From a virus, in the IMG/VR virus record IMGVR_UViG_3300031703_000003, positions 7,497 through 71,496 of that record: a stretch of DNA of 64,000 nucleotides; one strand, written 5' to 3'. The translations under genes and the position numbers were made by a program. Below, piece after piece: positions 30,984 through 40,509 of this stretch (its first letter is position 1; each line of letters starts with the position of its first letter). The notes beneath the pieces were generated by a model that was not told the origin of the DNA, ran no database searches, and was given only the letters and a program-made list of their open reading frames with translations.

Positions 30984-32233
30984 TAGCCTGTGTTTCCTTT
31001 GCCTGTTTCAAATGATTCCTGTACTCCTGTTACACCTTTCCATGGGTGATGCTCTGGTACACGGCTGTTAATGCTTTGTGTAACATTTGAATTTTGTGTT
31101 TGTGCTTGAACTGCTGCTTTGTCGGCTGTTTTTGGAGTAGGACCGTTCATGTCAATTCTACTTCCTTGCATATAAACATTTTGAGAAGCAGTTGCATTGA
31201 TATTGCCGTCAGCATTGCTGTTAAGGTTAAGAGCACTGTACACATCAATTGATCCAACACTGCTTTCTATCTTGACGCCTTCGCTTCCTGAACTTTTAAT
31301 GTTTACGCCTTGCTCTGCTTGCATGTTAATACTTCCCTTAGCATGCACGTTATAATCGCCATCAGTTGCTATGCTTACACCGGCTTGGCTGTATATATCT
31401 ACTTGTCCTTCGCTGTCCATTTCTATCCATCCGCTGCCGCCCTTGTTTGTTATGAAAATAAATCCATTTGAATCATCAAGTAATATCTGGGCGCCGCCAC
31501 GTGTTTTAATTCTAATGTTATCGCTGCCACCTTGTGCGTTGCCGTCGTCTAAGCTTAGTGTGTGTCCTGCTTTTGTTGTAATACCAAATACATTACTTGG
31601 GCTTTCACGTCTAGCACTACTTTCACTATGTCCACGTACATAGTCATTTGCTAACCCAGATTTAACCAGATTGTTATATGCTTCTGGGTTTGATGGGCGG
31701 GTATCTGGATTCTCAGTGTCGTTTGGATTCTTTTCAGCAGTTGGTGAAAGATAAGTAACATCTTTGTCATCATCAACTCCGTCATACGCGTCGCCACTTG
31801 CGTTGCCGCCCATTGTTGCATTTCTATCACGTGGTGGAAGAAATCCAATTAAGAAGCCCTGTTCCATTGATCCAGTAAATGCTACAAGAACATTTGATCC
31901 AGGTGATGGTGGCTGTGGCCACATGCCATAAGTTTTAGGGGCTCCGTTAACACTGCTACTTGTGTCGCCATAATCTTCGACGTTATCAGATGAATCTGAT
32001 ATTCTAGTGCTGCCACCAAATGGTGTGCTTAATAATATAATGCGTTCTGCTGTGGGTCCAAGTTCAGGAATAGTTACAGTTATGCGACCATTGCGCTGGG
32101 CATCTGAATCATTTATAACTTCAGCTACGTATATACCGTTGAGTACGTTGACGTTATATCCCTGGCTAACGTTTGCACGTTTAGCAATATTAACGCCTGT
32201 TGTTTTTATGCCTGAGCCGGCTGCTGATGCCAT
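30983..32233 (-). CDS. Baseplate central spike (gp5/VgrG-like)
   Basis: OB-fold-like N-terminus (D....GRI.V.IP; PP.PGS.VLVAF), T..GH...LDD beta-helix region, C-terminal RVPEHHPW. Confidence 0.75.
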   Translation of the reverse strand: MASAAGSGIKTTGVNIAKRANVSQGYNVNVLNGIYVAEVINDSDAQRNGRITVTIPELGPTAERIILLSTPFGGSTRISDSSDNVEDYGDTSSSVNGAPKTYGMWPQPPSPGSNVLVAFTGSMEQGFLIGFLPPRDRNATMGGNASGDAYDGVDDDKDVTYLSPTAEKNPNDTENPDTRPSNPEAYNNLVKSGLANDYVRGHSESSARRESPSNVFGITTKAGHTLSLDDGNAQGGSDNIRIKTRGGAQILLDDSNGFIFITNKGGSGWIEMDSEGQVDIYSQAGVSIATDGDYNVHAKGSINMQAEQGVNIKSSGSEGVKIESSVGSIDVYSALNLNSNADGNINATASQNVYMQGSRIDMNGPTPKTADKAAVQAQTQNSNVTQSINSRVPEHHPWKGVTGVQESFETGKGNTG

Positions 32234-34062
32234 TATTCTACCTCTAAGTTTATTAGTGTGTCAAGTAACAAAAACGAGCTGCTGTTTGCATCACGTAGCG
32301 AACTTACACGTTGTGTAAAAGATCCTTGCTGGAACTTACTTTCAACTTCTGTAATTTTATATATGCCTGTTGTTATCATGTCAACTGGGCCTCTCATTTG
32401 CCTAAGTAATAAATCATCTGCATTTGGTTGAAAATTAATAAAGGCCATGTATATTGCATGAGATGCAGAGTTAAATAAATTTGTATTGTTGTTGCCCATG
32501 AATACAGGGTCGCCGCGTACTTCAAGTGATAGCATCTGCGCGTCTGCGATTCTACTAGCATGTGCGTCCATTGAAGCAGCTGCTATTTTATCAGTTGATG
32601 TTGTTTCGTTTACTTGCTGGCCAGCTGCTCCAACTGTTTGTTCTCTAAATACTGGGCTTTGATTAATGTTATACTTTTGTAATGTTAGATCGCTTAGATA
32701 CTTCACAGGAGCTGCTGACCTAGCTGACTGTGGGTTTGCTGTATCATCTGTATCATCTGTATTTTCTTTTTCTGGTTCGATATTTGCTTCAAACATATTA
32801 TTATTATCTGCATAATATATTCCACCCATTGGCGAGAGTGCGTTAAAGAATAGATTTTTTAATGTTAAATCTATATCCATTACTTCTAGGTTTTCACCTG
32901 AGTACTGGTAAGAATATTTTTTAATTAATCCTGGCAACACTAGTTCATCAAATCGACGTTCTTGTACAGTTGCCGTATTTCTAAGTTGAGTAATGCTATC
33001 CTTTTTTATTGGTGTGCTGTCGCCATGCAGTTTAGTTCTCACATTAAGTGTTATCATTCTGCGTTCAAGATTATATATTGGACACATTATGCCCAGCATT
33101 TCAACACTAGGTTCTACTTCTATTGCATATGTAACTCCGGCCTCTCTGGCTACTTTTGAGAATTCTGCAAAGGTAGTAGTGTTGGCAGCTATTAGATTTT
33201 TAATAGCTGCGGTTAATTGTGTTTCAGTGTTAATTGTAACTGTTCTTACACCTAGCTTGTCTAGTGTTTCGCCTTGGCCACCAGCTTCGCCACTGTTTGC
33301 TGTGCCGCCCCACGGAGCAGATTTTAAATCAAATGCTGGCAGTAGTAGTGCGTCCTGTGCTGCAATAGACATTGAACTATCAAAATTAACTTTATACAAC
33401 ACTAGTGGACTATCTTGGCGTTCGTCCATTGCTGCCCACGATGCATCATTTAGTGATACTTCCAGACCATTTAAAAATGTTTCTACTGTTGTTACATCTT
33501 CTACTGTTATTGTACTGGTTGTTACTGTTTCTAGTTGCGCCATGATAATGTGCGGAGCAAAATCCACAAAGTACTTTGCGCCTGCATTGCCAAGTGAACC
33601 GGTAATGCCTCTGATTTTGCCTGTGTACAAAAATGGTTCTGGATAATTTTTTGTGGCTCCTGTTATTGGATCTCTGCCTACAAAGTCTAACTTTAGAACA
33701 TACAGCATTGACTCAAAATTAACGCCGCCGTCTGTTGATTTGTTTAAGTAAGACCCAATTGTTAAAATTCTGTCTAGTAAACTAAAGCCTAATGGTTCTA
33801 TTAGATCGAATGTAATTTGTGTTACATTTGCATAACCATTTTGCACTGAGCCGGTATTTGACTTAATCATTACGTTTTGCACTGCATAACCAGCTTCTAC
33901 TCCGTCTTCTGCAATAATAACTGCTTTGCCTGCGTTTAGTGCTGCGTCATCAGATTGGCTAAGCCATGCAAACGGATCATTGAACACTTCACTGTCAACA
34001 ATATAGAATGTAAATTTGTAGGTGCCTGACGAAACGGTATTGAGCCAGTTGTCTTTTAACAT
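32233..34062 (-). CDS. Putative baseplate hub protein (gp27-like position)
   Basis: Lies between gp53-like and gp5-like genes; LEVRGDP and G.Y.IT.VES.F..G.FTQ C-terminus. Confidence 0.55.
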   Translation of the reverse strand: MLKDNWLNTVSSGTYKFTFYIVDSEVFNDPFAWLSQSDDAALNAGKAVIIAEDGVEAGYAVQNVMIKSNTGSVQNGYANVTQITFDLIEPLGFSLLDRILTIGSYLNKSTDGGVNFESMLYVLKLDFVGRDPITGATKNYPEPFLYTGKIRGITGSLGNAGAKYFVDFAPHIIMAQLETVTTSTITVEDVTTVETFLNGLEVSLNDASWAAMDERQDSPLVLYKVNFDSSMSIAAQDALLLPAFDLKSAPWGGTANSGEAGGQGETLDKLGVRTVTINTETQLTAAIKNLIAANTTTFAEFSKVAREAGVTYAIEVEPSVEMLGIMCPIYNLERRMITLNVRTKLHGDSTPIKKDSITQLRNTATVQERRFDELVLPGLIKKYSYQYSGENLEVMDIDLTLKNLFFNALSPMGGIYYADNNNMFEANIEPEKENTDDTDDTANPQSARSAAPVKYLSDLTLQKYNINQSPVFREQTVGAAGQQVNETTSTDKIAAASMDAHASRIADAQMLSLEVRGDPVFMGNNNTNLFNSASHAIYMAFINFQPNADDLLLRQMRGPVDMITTGIYKITEVESKFQQGSFTQRVSSLRDANSSSFLLLDTLINLEVE

Positions 34063-34063
34063 G

Positions 34064-34348
34064 TTATGTAAACCTTGTTGGTACTTTTATCTTTAGTCCT
34101 GCTTCAAAATCAACAATGGGATCATTGAGTTCATCTTGGTTAATTACTGCAAATATCCACCATAATTTAGCATTGCCATATAAATCGTTTGCTAGTACGT
34201 CTGGGCGTTGGTGATATTTATTTTCAATAGTGTATGTATTTGTTGATATATTTTTAATGTCTGCAACAGTTGGTTCCCATATCCCAAGGTATTTCTTATC
34301 TTCGATTACAGTTGATCTATAAAGGCTATCTCTTCTATATTCTGTCAT
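34064..34348 (-). CDS. Baseplate wedge protein, gp53/LysM-like
   Basis: RPDVLANDLYGNAKLWWIFAVIN. Confidence 0.8.
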   Translation of the reverse strand: MTEYRRDSLYRSTVIEDKKYLGIWEPTVADIKNISTNTYTIENKYHQRPDVLANDLYGNAKLWWIFAVINQDELNDPIVDFEAGLKIKVPTRFT

Positions 34349-34971
34349 TATGCAAAGCCTCCAAGTAAATTTCCTTTTGCGAACGTATTAATATTAAATT
34401 GCTTTCTAACTTCACTTGGCGCAAGTTGAACAGACAGTTCCAATGATATAACTAACATCGTTGGGATAATTCCATATTCAGTTTCTACGTAGTTAACATC
34501 TTCTGGTAACGTGTAGTTGAAACTTCTTATAACTACAGGTGTTGCTTTTGCATGTAGTGCGTTTCTGCCATACACTCTAAGATTTAGTATCGGTGGTGGT
34601 GTGCCTGCTGTCGTTCTACGCTGTTCGCCGAAGTCTGGCTTTGTGCATGTTTTAAAGAAGTGAAGCATTGCTGCTGTATGACTTGCTTCTTTGATATCAT
34701 TTGCTGTGAAATTCGCTGTGATACTTATTGATGGATTCTGTGTTGATATAAAGTATTGCGGTTGATACGCTGTATGTGTGACATCATACGAGCCATAGTT
34801 TGCTTGATGTCCAAATTGAATTGTAGGAGTGTATGGAAAAATTAAACCGCCGTCATCCTTTAACGGAGCAAGTATACCTTCTAGATCAAACGGATTACCT
34901 GCTTTCACTTTTAGTGATACGCTGCCGTGATATGAATCTATAAACTCGTTGTTAGATGAATCAACTATCAT
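34348..34971 (-). CDS. Putative tail-tube initiator/baseplate protein (gp48/gp54-like)
   Basis: IFPYTPTI, GTPPPIL, PVVI.SF.Y.LP.DV.Y; gene position. Confidence 0.55.
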   Translation of the reverse strand: MIVDSSNNEFIDSYHGSVSLKVKAGNPFDLEGILAPLKDDGGLIFPYTPTIQFGHQANYGSYDVTHTAYQPQYFISTQNPSISITANFTANDIKEASHTAAMLHFFKTCTKPDFGEQRRTTAGTPPPILNLRVYGRNALHAKATPVVIRSFNYTLPEDVNYVETEYGIIPTMLVISLELSVQLAPSEVRKQFNINTFAKGNLLGGFA

Positions 34972-35597
34972 TGGAAGTTATCTCCGTCCATTGGATTCTG
35001 GCTTAGTATATTTCGTAGTGCATCATACATTGGCTTTGCAATGCCTGAGCTTGCTGCGCCACTTGCAAACGAATTAAAGTCGCCTGCTCTAACAGCTTGT
35101 CGCATTTTACTGGCACTCATTCCTTCTGCGCCATCTGCGTCTGGGTCGCGTTGTCCTGCACTTACTACATTAATACTGTTAAAGTTATATTCTTTGCCGT
35201 TATAATCATTTAGAATTTTATTGAACTCGTTAATTCTGTCGCTTCCTGCTACATATATAATATCTGTGTATCCAAGAAGTTCTAACTTTGCCATTGCTTG
35301 CATTACAGTTTTAACCTGTGAATCTCCTACTTTGACGTTTGGAAAACTTGCTTGCGCAAATTTAACCTTCATTTCAAATGGCAATGGATCTTTGTTTTCG
35401 TATCCCTTTGATCCTGTTGCTTTTGACTTGCTACCAGATGATTGGCTTAAAAATATATAAGCATCACCTTGTTGAGCTGCAACTGCATTAGCTAGTTTCT
35501 TGTGACCTATAGTAGGCGGGTTCATTCTACCAAAAGCAAATGCTGCAACTTTAGCAGGATTGTCTTCTGACATATTTATAATTTCATTTATGATCAT
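34968..35597 (-). CDS. Cytidyltransferase-like nucleotidyltransferase
   Basis: FGRMNPPTIGH, AGSDR, SAG.RDPDA.G..GMSASKMR. Start is uncertain. Confidence 0.8.
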   Translation of the reverse strand: MIINEIINMSEDNPAKVAAFAFGRMNPPTIGHKKLANAVAAQQGDAYIFLSQSSGSKSKATGSKGYENKDPLPFEMKVKFAQASFPNVKVGDSQVKTVMQAMAKLELLGYTDIIYVAGSDRINEFNKILNDYNGKEYNFNSINVVSAGQRDPDADGAEGMSASKMRQAVRAGDFNSFASGAASSGIAKPMYDALRNILSQNPMDGDNFQ

Positions 35598-35646
35598 AAC
35601 GTATTTTTCCAATTCATACAAGTATTTATGCCTTTGAAATCAACGG

Positions 35647-35675
35647 TTGACTTGTGCGGAAAGATAAGCTATAAT
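35647..35675 (+). promoter_or_regulatory. Sigma70-type promoter for the gp55-gp47-gp46 operon
   Basis: TTGACT-17 bp-TATAAT followed by GGAGG RBS. Confidence 0.75.
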
Positions 35676-35696
35676 AGTATCAACGGAGGAATAATT

Positions 35697-36575
35697 ATGG
35701 CAGCAGCACCTAAACAGTTTTATTTAACAAACAAAGAGTTACTCAAAGAGATCCATAAATCAAAGATGACGTATTGCTATGTCAAAGATGACCAGTACGC
35801 AGACTATGACTTGATTGTGGAATCATTTGATGACATTACAACAGAAGCGGTTTCTGAGTCTAAGCAGGCTCGCGCAACACGTATTCAAAAGAAAGCACAT
35901 GATGTAGAAGTAAAACGTTGGGAAAAGGGGTTAACTGGCAAGAAGACAAAGCCACGCGTAGCTGATTTTTATGTAGATCCAGATTCTATTCTTGATACAG
36001 ACATTGTTATTCGTGTAATGACATTTGAACATGTACCACTTGAAGCTCGTAAAAACAAACCAAAATCAGAAGCAGACTTACACAGTAAGTGTAACTTTCC
36101 ACCATTTAAGCATTATGCATACGTTAACAATGAATTAGAAGAAGTAACTCGTAGTCATTGGGAAGGCGGCATGGACAATGGATACTTTAGTGTTACACAC
36201 GGCAAGACTAACAACACACTAGGCGCTATGTACATTAAGTTGTGCGAACGTTATAGTATGCGCGGCAACTGGCGTGGTTACACCTATGTAGACGAAATGC
36301 GTGGTCAAGCACTTGTACAACTAAGCCAAATTGGACTACAGTTTAATGAGTTTAAAAGCCAGAATCCATTTGCTTACTACACAGCAGCAATTAATAATAG
36401 TTTTACACGTGTTCTTAACCTTGAGAAGCGTAGCCAGAACATTCGCGATGACTTACTTGAAGAAGAAGGATTAAATCCAAGCTTCACTAGAACTTTCAAT
36501 GCAGAATGGGAAGCGAAAGAGAAGAAAGAAATTGAATTAATGAGACAAAAGAACTTAGACGCAAAGCTAAAATAA
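35697..36575 (+). CDS. gp55: Late-transcription sigma factor, T4 gp55-like
   Basis: YLTNKELL, NWRGYTY.DEM, F...KSQNPFAYYT; located upstream of gp47/gp46 as in T4-like phages. Confidence 0.8.
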   Translation: MAAAPKQFYLTNKELLKEIHKSKMTYCYVKDDQYADYDLIVESFDDITTEAVSESKQARATRIQKKAHDVEVKRWEKGLTGKKTKPRVADFYVDPDSILDTDIVIRVMTFEHVPLEARKNKPKSEADLHSKCNFPPFKHYAYVNNELEEVTRSHWEGGMDNGYFSVTHGKTNNTLGAMYIKLCERYSMRGNWRGYTYVDEMRGQALVQLSQIGLQFNEFKSQNPFAYYTAAINNSFTRVLNLEKRSQNIRDDLLEEEGLNPSFTRTFNAEWEAKEKKEIELMRQKNLDAKLK

Positions 36576-36589
36576 AGGTTAATTAATAT

Positions 36590-37612
36590 ATGTTATTTGA
36601 AAAAGCAGTAGTTTTTACAGATCTGCACATGGGTAATAAGAACAATTCACGTTTACACAACCAGGACTGTGAAGATTTTATTATATGGATGATTGAGCAA
36701 GCACACGAACGTGGTGTTAAGAAATGTATATTCATGGGCGATTGGCATCACCATCGTGCAACAATTAACGTTAGTACACTTAACTATACTGTAAGTAATT
36801 TACGTAGATTAAATGATTCGTTTGATGAAGTCATTATGATTATGGGAAATCACGATTTATATTATCGTGAGAAACGTGAGATACATAGTATGCCCATGGC
36901 TACTGAATTTCCTAACATACGTATTGTAAACGAAGAGATTTATCAAGAAGGCGACTGTGCGTTTGTGCCGTGGTTAGTTGATGATGAATGGAAGAAAGTT
37001 CGTGAAGTAGAATGCAAATTTATGTTTGGACACTTTGAACTCCCAAGCTTTTACATGAACGCACTTGTTCAAATGCCAGACCATGGTGGACTAAAAGCAG
37101 AAGACTTAAACAAACCACAGAAAGTGTTTAGTGGACATTTTCATAAGCGTCAAGAACGTGGTAATGTAATTTACCCAGGTAACTGTTTCCCTCATAACTT
37201 TAGTGATGCATGGGATGACGAACGTGGTTGTATGTTCCTTGACTGGAGCGGTGATATTGAATACGCAGCTTGGCCCGAGGCACCTAAATACAGAACTGTT
37301 CCTCTTAGTAAGTTAATAGATGATCCAGGTGCATATTTGTCTGATAAGACGTATTGCAGAATTGCATTAGACGTTGGTATTACATATGAAGAAGCAAACT
37401 TCATTAAAGAGACATTTGCAAAGCAATATGACTTGCGTGAAATTAGTTTAATACCAAGCAAGAAAGAAGAACACACAAGTGATTGGAACAAAGGTGTTGA
37501 TATTGAAGTAGAAAGTGTTGATACAATTGTATTAACACAATTAGATTCAGTACAAAGCGACACTATAAAGAAACAAATGTTAATTGACATTTACAATGGA
37601 TTGAGCTACTAA
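36590..37612 (+). CDS. gp47: Recombination endonuclease subunit (Mre11/SbcD-like, gp47)
   Basis: DLH, GDWHH, GNHD, GHF, SGHFH phosphoesterase motifs. Confidence 0.92.
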   Translation: MLFEKAVVFTDLHMGNKNNSRLHNQDCEDFIIWMIEQAHERGVKKCIFMGDWHHHRATINVSTLNYTVSNLRRLNDSFDEVIMIMGNHDLYYREKREIHSMPMATEFPNIRIVNEEIYQEGDCAFVPWLVDDEWKKVREVECKFMFGHFELPSFYMNALVQMPDHGGLKAEDLNKPQKVFSGHFHKRQERGNVIYPGNCFPHNFSDAWDDERGCMFLDWSGDIEYAAWPEAPKYRTVPLSKLIDDPGAYLSDKTYCRIALDVGITYEEANFIKETFAKQYDLREISLIPSKKEEHTSDWNKGVDIEVESVDTIVLTQLDSVQSDTIKKQMLIDIYNGLSY

Positions 37613-39388
37613 ATGCTAAAGATTAAAAATATAACCGTACGTAACTTCATGAGTGTTGGCAATGTGACACAGGCTGTGCATTTTGACAACGCTGGGTTAA
37701 CACTAGTGTTAGGCAATAACATGGACCTTGGCGGTGATGGTTCTCGTAACGGAACAGGCAAAACAACTATCGTTAACGCATTAAGTTATGCAATGTACGG
37801 CGCAGCATTGTACAATATTAAAAAGGATAACTTAGTAAACAAAACAAACAACAAGGGCATGCTTGTAACATGTGACTTCGAAATGAATGGAATTGACTAT
37901 CGTATTGAGCGTGGTCGTAAAGCCAACGTATTTAAATTCCTTGTTAATAACGTAGATGATAATGCTGAGATTACAGATGAAATGCAAGGCGAAGGACGTG
38001 AGAGTCAGCGTGTAATTGAGCGTGTGCTTGGCATGAGTCACACAATGTTTAAACACATTGTTGCATTGAATACATACACAGAACCGTTTCTCAGTATGCG
38101 AGCAAATGATCAGCGCGAGTTAATTGAACAGCTCCTTGGTATTACAAAGCTAAGTGAAAAGGCTGACGTACTTAAAGAACTTGTTAGGACTAGCAAAGAT
38201 AAAATACAACACGAAACATATCGTATTCGCGCGTCCGAGGAAGCAAACGAACACATAGGTAGTACTATCAAAGACCTAGAACGCAGACGTAGCATTTGGG
38301 AACAGAAGCGTACTAAAGATATGCAAAACTTTAAAACCGACTTGTTAAATCTACAACACATTAACGTTGATGATGAACTAGAAGCACACGCAAAGTTTGA
38401 AATATTTCAAAGTAAAAAAACACAAATAGATACTTTAACTGCGGAAATAGCAAGGCTAACTACTAGTAACGAGCGCGAACAGAAACGGTTAGACAAGGCA
38501 CAAAACGACCTTAATGCTACGTTGGAACACACATGCTATGCGTGTGGACAAGACTTACATGACGAACAGCATGAGAAGATTGTTGCAGAGAAAAATGAAA
38601 TACTAACTGAAAGTAAAGAACATGTTACTGAATATGTTACTAAAATAGAAGAGTATACCATTGCATTAAATGAAATTGGTCCACTTGACATTGCACCTAA
38701 TATGCACTATAATAGTATAAAGGAAGCATACGAACACCAGAACAAATTAAGTGCTACTAGTGCAAACATTGATCGTGCCGTAGATGACATAAATCCATAC
38801 GATGATCAAATAATTACATTAAAAAGCACTGGTCTGCAGGTTGTTGACTGGAGTGAGGTAAATAGACTAAACGAACTAAGAGAACATCAGGAGTTTTTAT
38901 TGAAACTACTTACAAACAAAGACAGCTTTGTACGTAAGAAAATCATTGAACAAAACTTACAGTTCCTTAACACACGGCTAGAATATTACATTACACGATT
39001 AGGCCTTCCACATGAAGTACAGTTCCAAAGTGACTTAACTATTACTATTACACAGTTAGGACAGGACTTGGACTTCGACAACTTGTCAAGAGGCGAGCGT
39101 AACAGATTAATACTTGGACTAAGCTGGAGTTTTCGTGATGTGTTTGAAAGTATGAACCATCCTATAAACTTGGTTTGTATCGACGAACTAGTAGACAGCG
39201 GCATGGACACTATTGGTGTCGAGAGTGCATTAGGCGTTCTGAAGAAAATGGAACGTGAACGTCATAAGAACATTTTACTTATTAGTCACAGAGATGAGCT
39301 AGTAGGCAGAGTAGACAATGTATTACAAGTTACAAAAGAGAATGGCTTCACTACATTTAATGTAGAATTGGAAGTCATTGACGCATAG
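37613..39388 (+). CDS. gp46: Recombination ATPase subunit (Rad50/SbcC-like, gp46)
   Basis: NGTGKTT Walker A, CYAC zinc hook, LSRGE signature, IDE Walker B, ISH. Confidence 0.93.
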   Translation: MLKIKNITVRNFMSVGNVTQAVHFDNAGLTLVLGNNMDLGGDGSRNGTGKTTIVNALSYAMYGAALYNIKKDNLVNKTNNKGMLVTCDFEMNGIDYRIERGRKANVFKFLVNNVDDNAEITDEMQGEGRESQRVIERVLGMSHTMFKHIVALNTYTEPFLSMRANDQRELIEQLLGITKLSEKADVLKELVRTSKDKIQHETYRIRASEEANEHIGSTIKDLERRRSIWEQKRTKDMQNFKTDLLNLQHINVDDELEAHAKFEIFQSKKTQIDTLTAEIARLTTSNEREQKRLDKAQNDLNATLEHTCYACGQDLHDEQHEKIVAEKNEILTESKEHVTEYVTKIEEYTIALNEIGPLDIAPNMHYNSIKEAYEHQNKLSATSANIDRAVDDINPYDDQIITLKSTGLQVVDWSEVNRLNELREHQEFLLKLLTNKDSFVRKKIIEQNLQFLNTRLEYYITRLGLPHEVQFQSDLTITITQLGQDLDFDNLSRGERNRLILGLSWSFRDVFESMNHPINLVCIDELVDSGMDTIGVESALGVLKKMERERHKNILLISHRDELVGRVDNVLQVTKENGFTTFNVELEVIDA

Positions 39389-39399
39389 AAGAATATAAT

Positions 39400-39852
39400 T
39401 TGAGCAGTGAAAGCAAAACTAGCAACTGGACTTATAACAATGTAGCAGTTGATGAACTGCCGGTAGATGTTGAAGGGTTTGTATATTTAATTACAAACCT
39501 TACTAACAACCGTAAGTATATAGGTAAGAAGTTAGCAAGGTTTAAAACAACTAAGCCTCCTCTTAAAGGAAGAAAGAATAAGAGACGAGGCACAAAGGAA
39601 AGTGATTGGAGGACCTATTGGGGTTCTTCAGATCATTTGAATGCAGATTTATTAATGTTAGGTGAAGAAAGCTTCACTAGAGAAATTATACATTACTGTC
39701 CTAGCAGAGGAGTATTAAGTTACTTAGAAGCAAAAGAACAGTTTGATCGTAAAGTTTTAGAATCAGATGATTACTACAACGGTATTATTAATGTGAGAGT
39801 TGGAAGTTCTAAGATTCTCACAGAGCATTTAAGAAAGGTCGACAAGCTATAG
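39400..39852 (+). CDS. Small GIY-YIG (Seg-like) nuclease
   Basis: GFVYLITN..N.RKYIGKK, W..YWGSS, F.REI, YLEAKEQ, YYN. Single domain; TTG start. Confidence 0.8.
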   Translation: MSSESKTSNWTYNNVAVDELPVDVEGFVYLITNLTNNRKYIGKKLARFKTTKPPLKGRKNKRRGTKESDWRTYWGSSDHLNADLLMLGEESFTREIIHYCPSRGVLSYLEAKEQFDRKVLESDDYYNGIINVRVGSSKILTEHLRKVDKL

Positions 39853-39881
39853 CATTTATGTTATGCTGCTAACAAGAAATA

Positions 39882-39943
39882 CACAGACACCAAGTCAATT
39901 CAAGCACAGACACCAAGTCAATTCAAGCACAGACACCAAGTCA
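39882..39943 (+). repeat. 23-bp tandem repeat, about 2.7 copies (CACAGACACCAAGTCAATTCAAG)
   Basis: Exact copies at 39882 and 39905, partial copy at 39928; followed by AATACATTTCT x2 at 39961-39982. Confidence 0.95.
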
Positions 39944-39986
39944 CGCTAATACAAACACAAAATACATTTCTAATACATTTCTAATA

Positions 39987-40330
39987 AAGGCACCACATGG
40001 CTCTGTTTGGTCGGGTTTCTCGACTACACCTTGAGGTTACGTGCTAATTCACGTGATCGGATACTGGTGTGCCCTTGGTCAATGCGCTGGTCTGACCAAC
40101 CAAAATGAGTAAGCTCTCCTGACAATTTGGAACTTACGAGTAGCCTTTAGTCGTCGTTATGGCAATAGGTGTTCTTGCGCTGATAAGCAGTAAGTAAAGA
40201 GGTACCGCACAACCGCCTCTTCCGTGTGCTAATACGGTTTTACTATAACGAGTGGGTAACTTTGATGGGAAATGTTCTGACATTTTTATTGAAATTATTT
40301 TGCATTTGGCTTTATAAAGCTAAGTGTGAA
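39987..40330 (+). ncRNA. Putative structured non-coding RNA (unassigned; strand inferred)
   Basis: ORF-free, GC-richer than flanks, at least 8 nested or consecutive helices with many G-T pairs on the + strand. Confidence 0.55.
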
Positions 40331-40509
40331 TAACAAATCAAGGAAATAGTAACTAATATATAATCATAAATATAATTACTATGTTGTATATCACTATTAG
40401 TTAATCTTAAGTATAAGAGTTCTAAAAATAACATTGAAGTAATGCTTTAGCATTACGAAGATGATGATGTCGTAAGACATCGATATACTAAACAATATAT
40501 AATCTTAAT

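Noticed and set aside
16259-33646. Numerous + strand ORFs of 60-217 aa opposite baseplate genes
   Set aside because: Fully antisense to well-supported genes, with shadow-like composition.
39882-39943. CRISPR mini-array
   Set aside because: The units are identical head-to-tail copies with no unique spacers, and no cas genes are present in the window.
39987-40330. Group I/II intron, tRNA or tmRNA
   Set aside because: It does not interrupt a gene, and I could not find group I P7, group II domain V or a cloverleaf/T-loop by eye. A covariance search is still needed.
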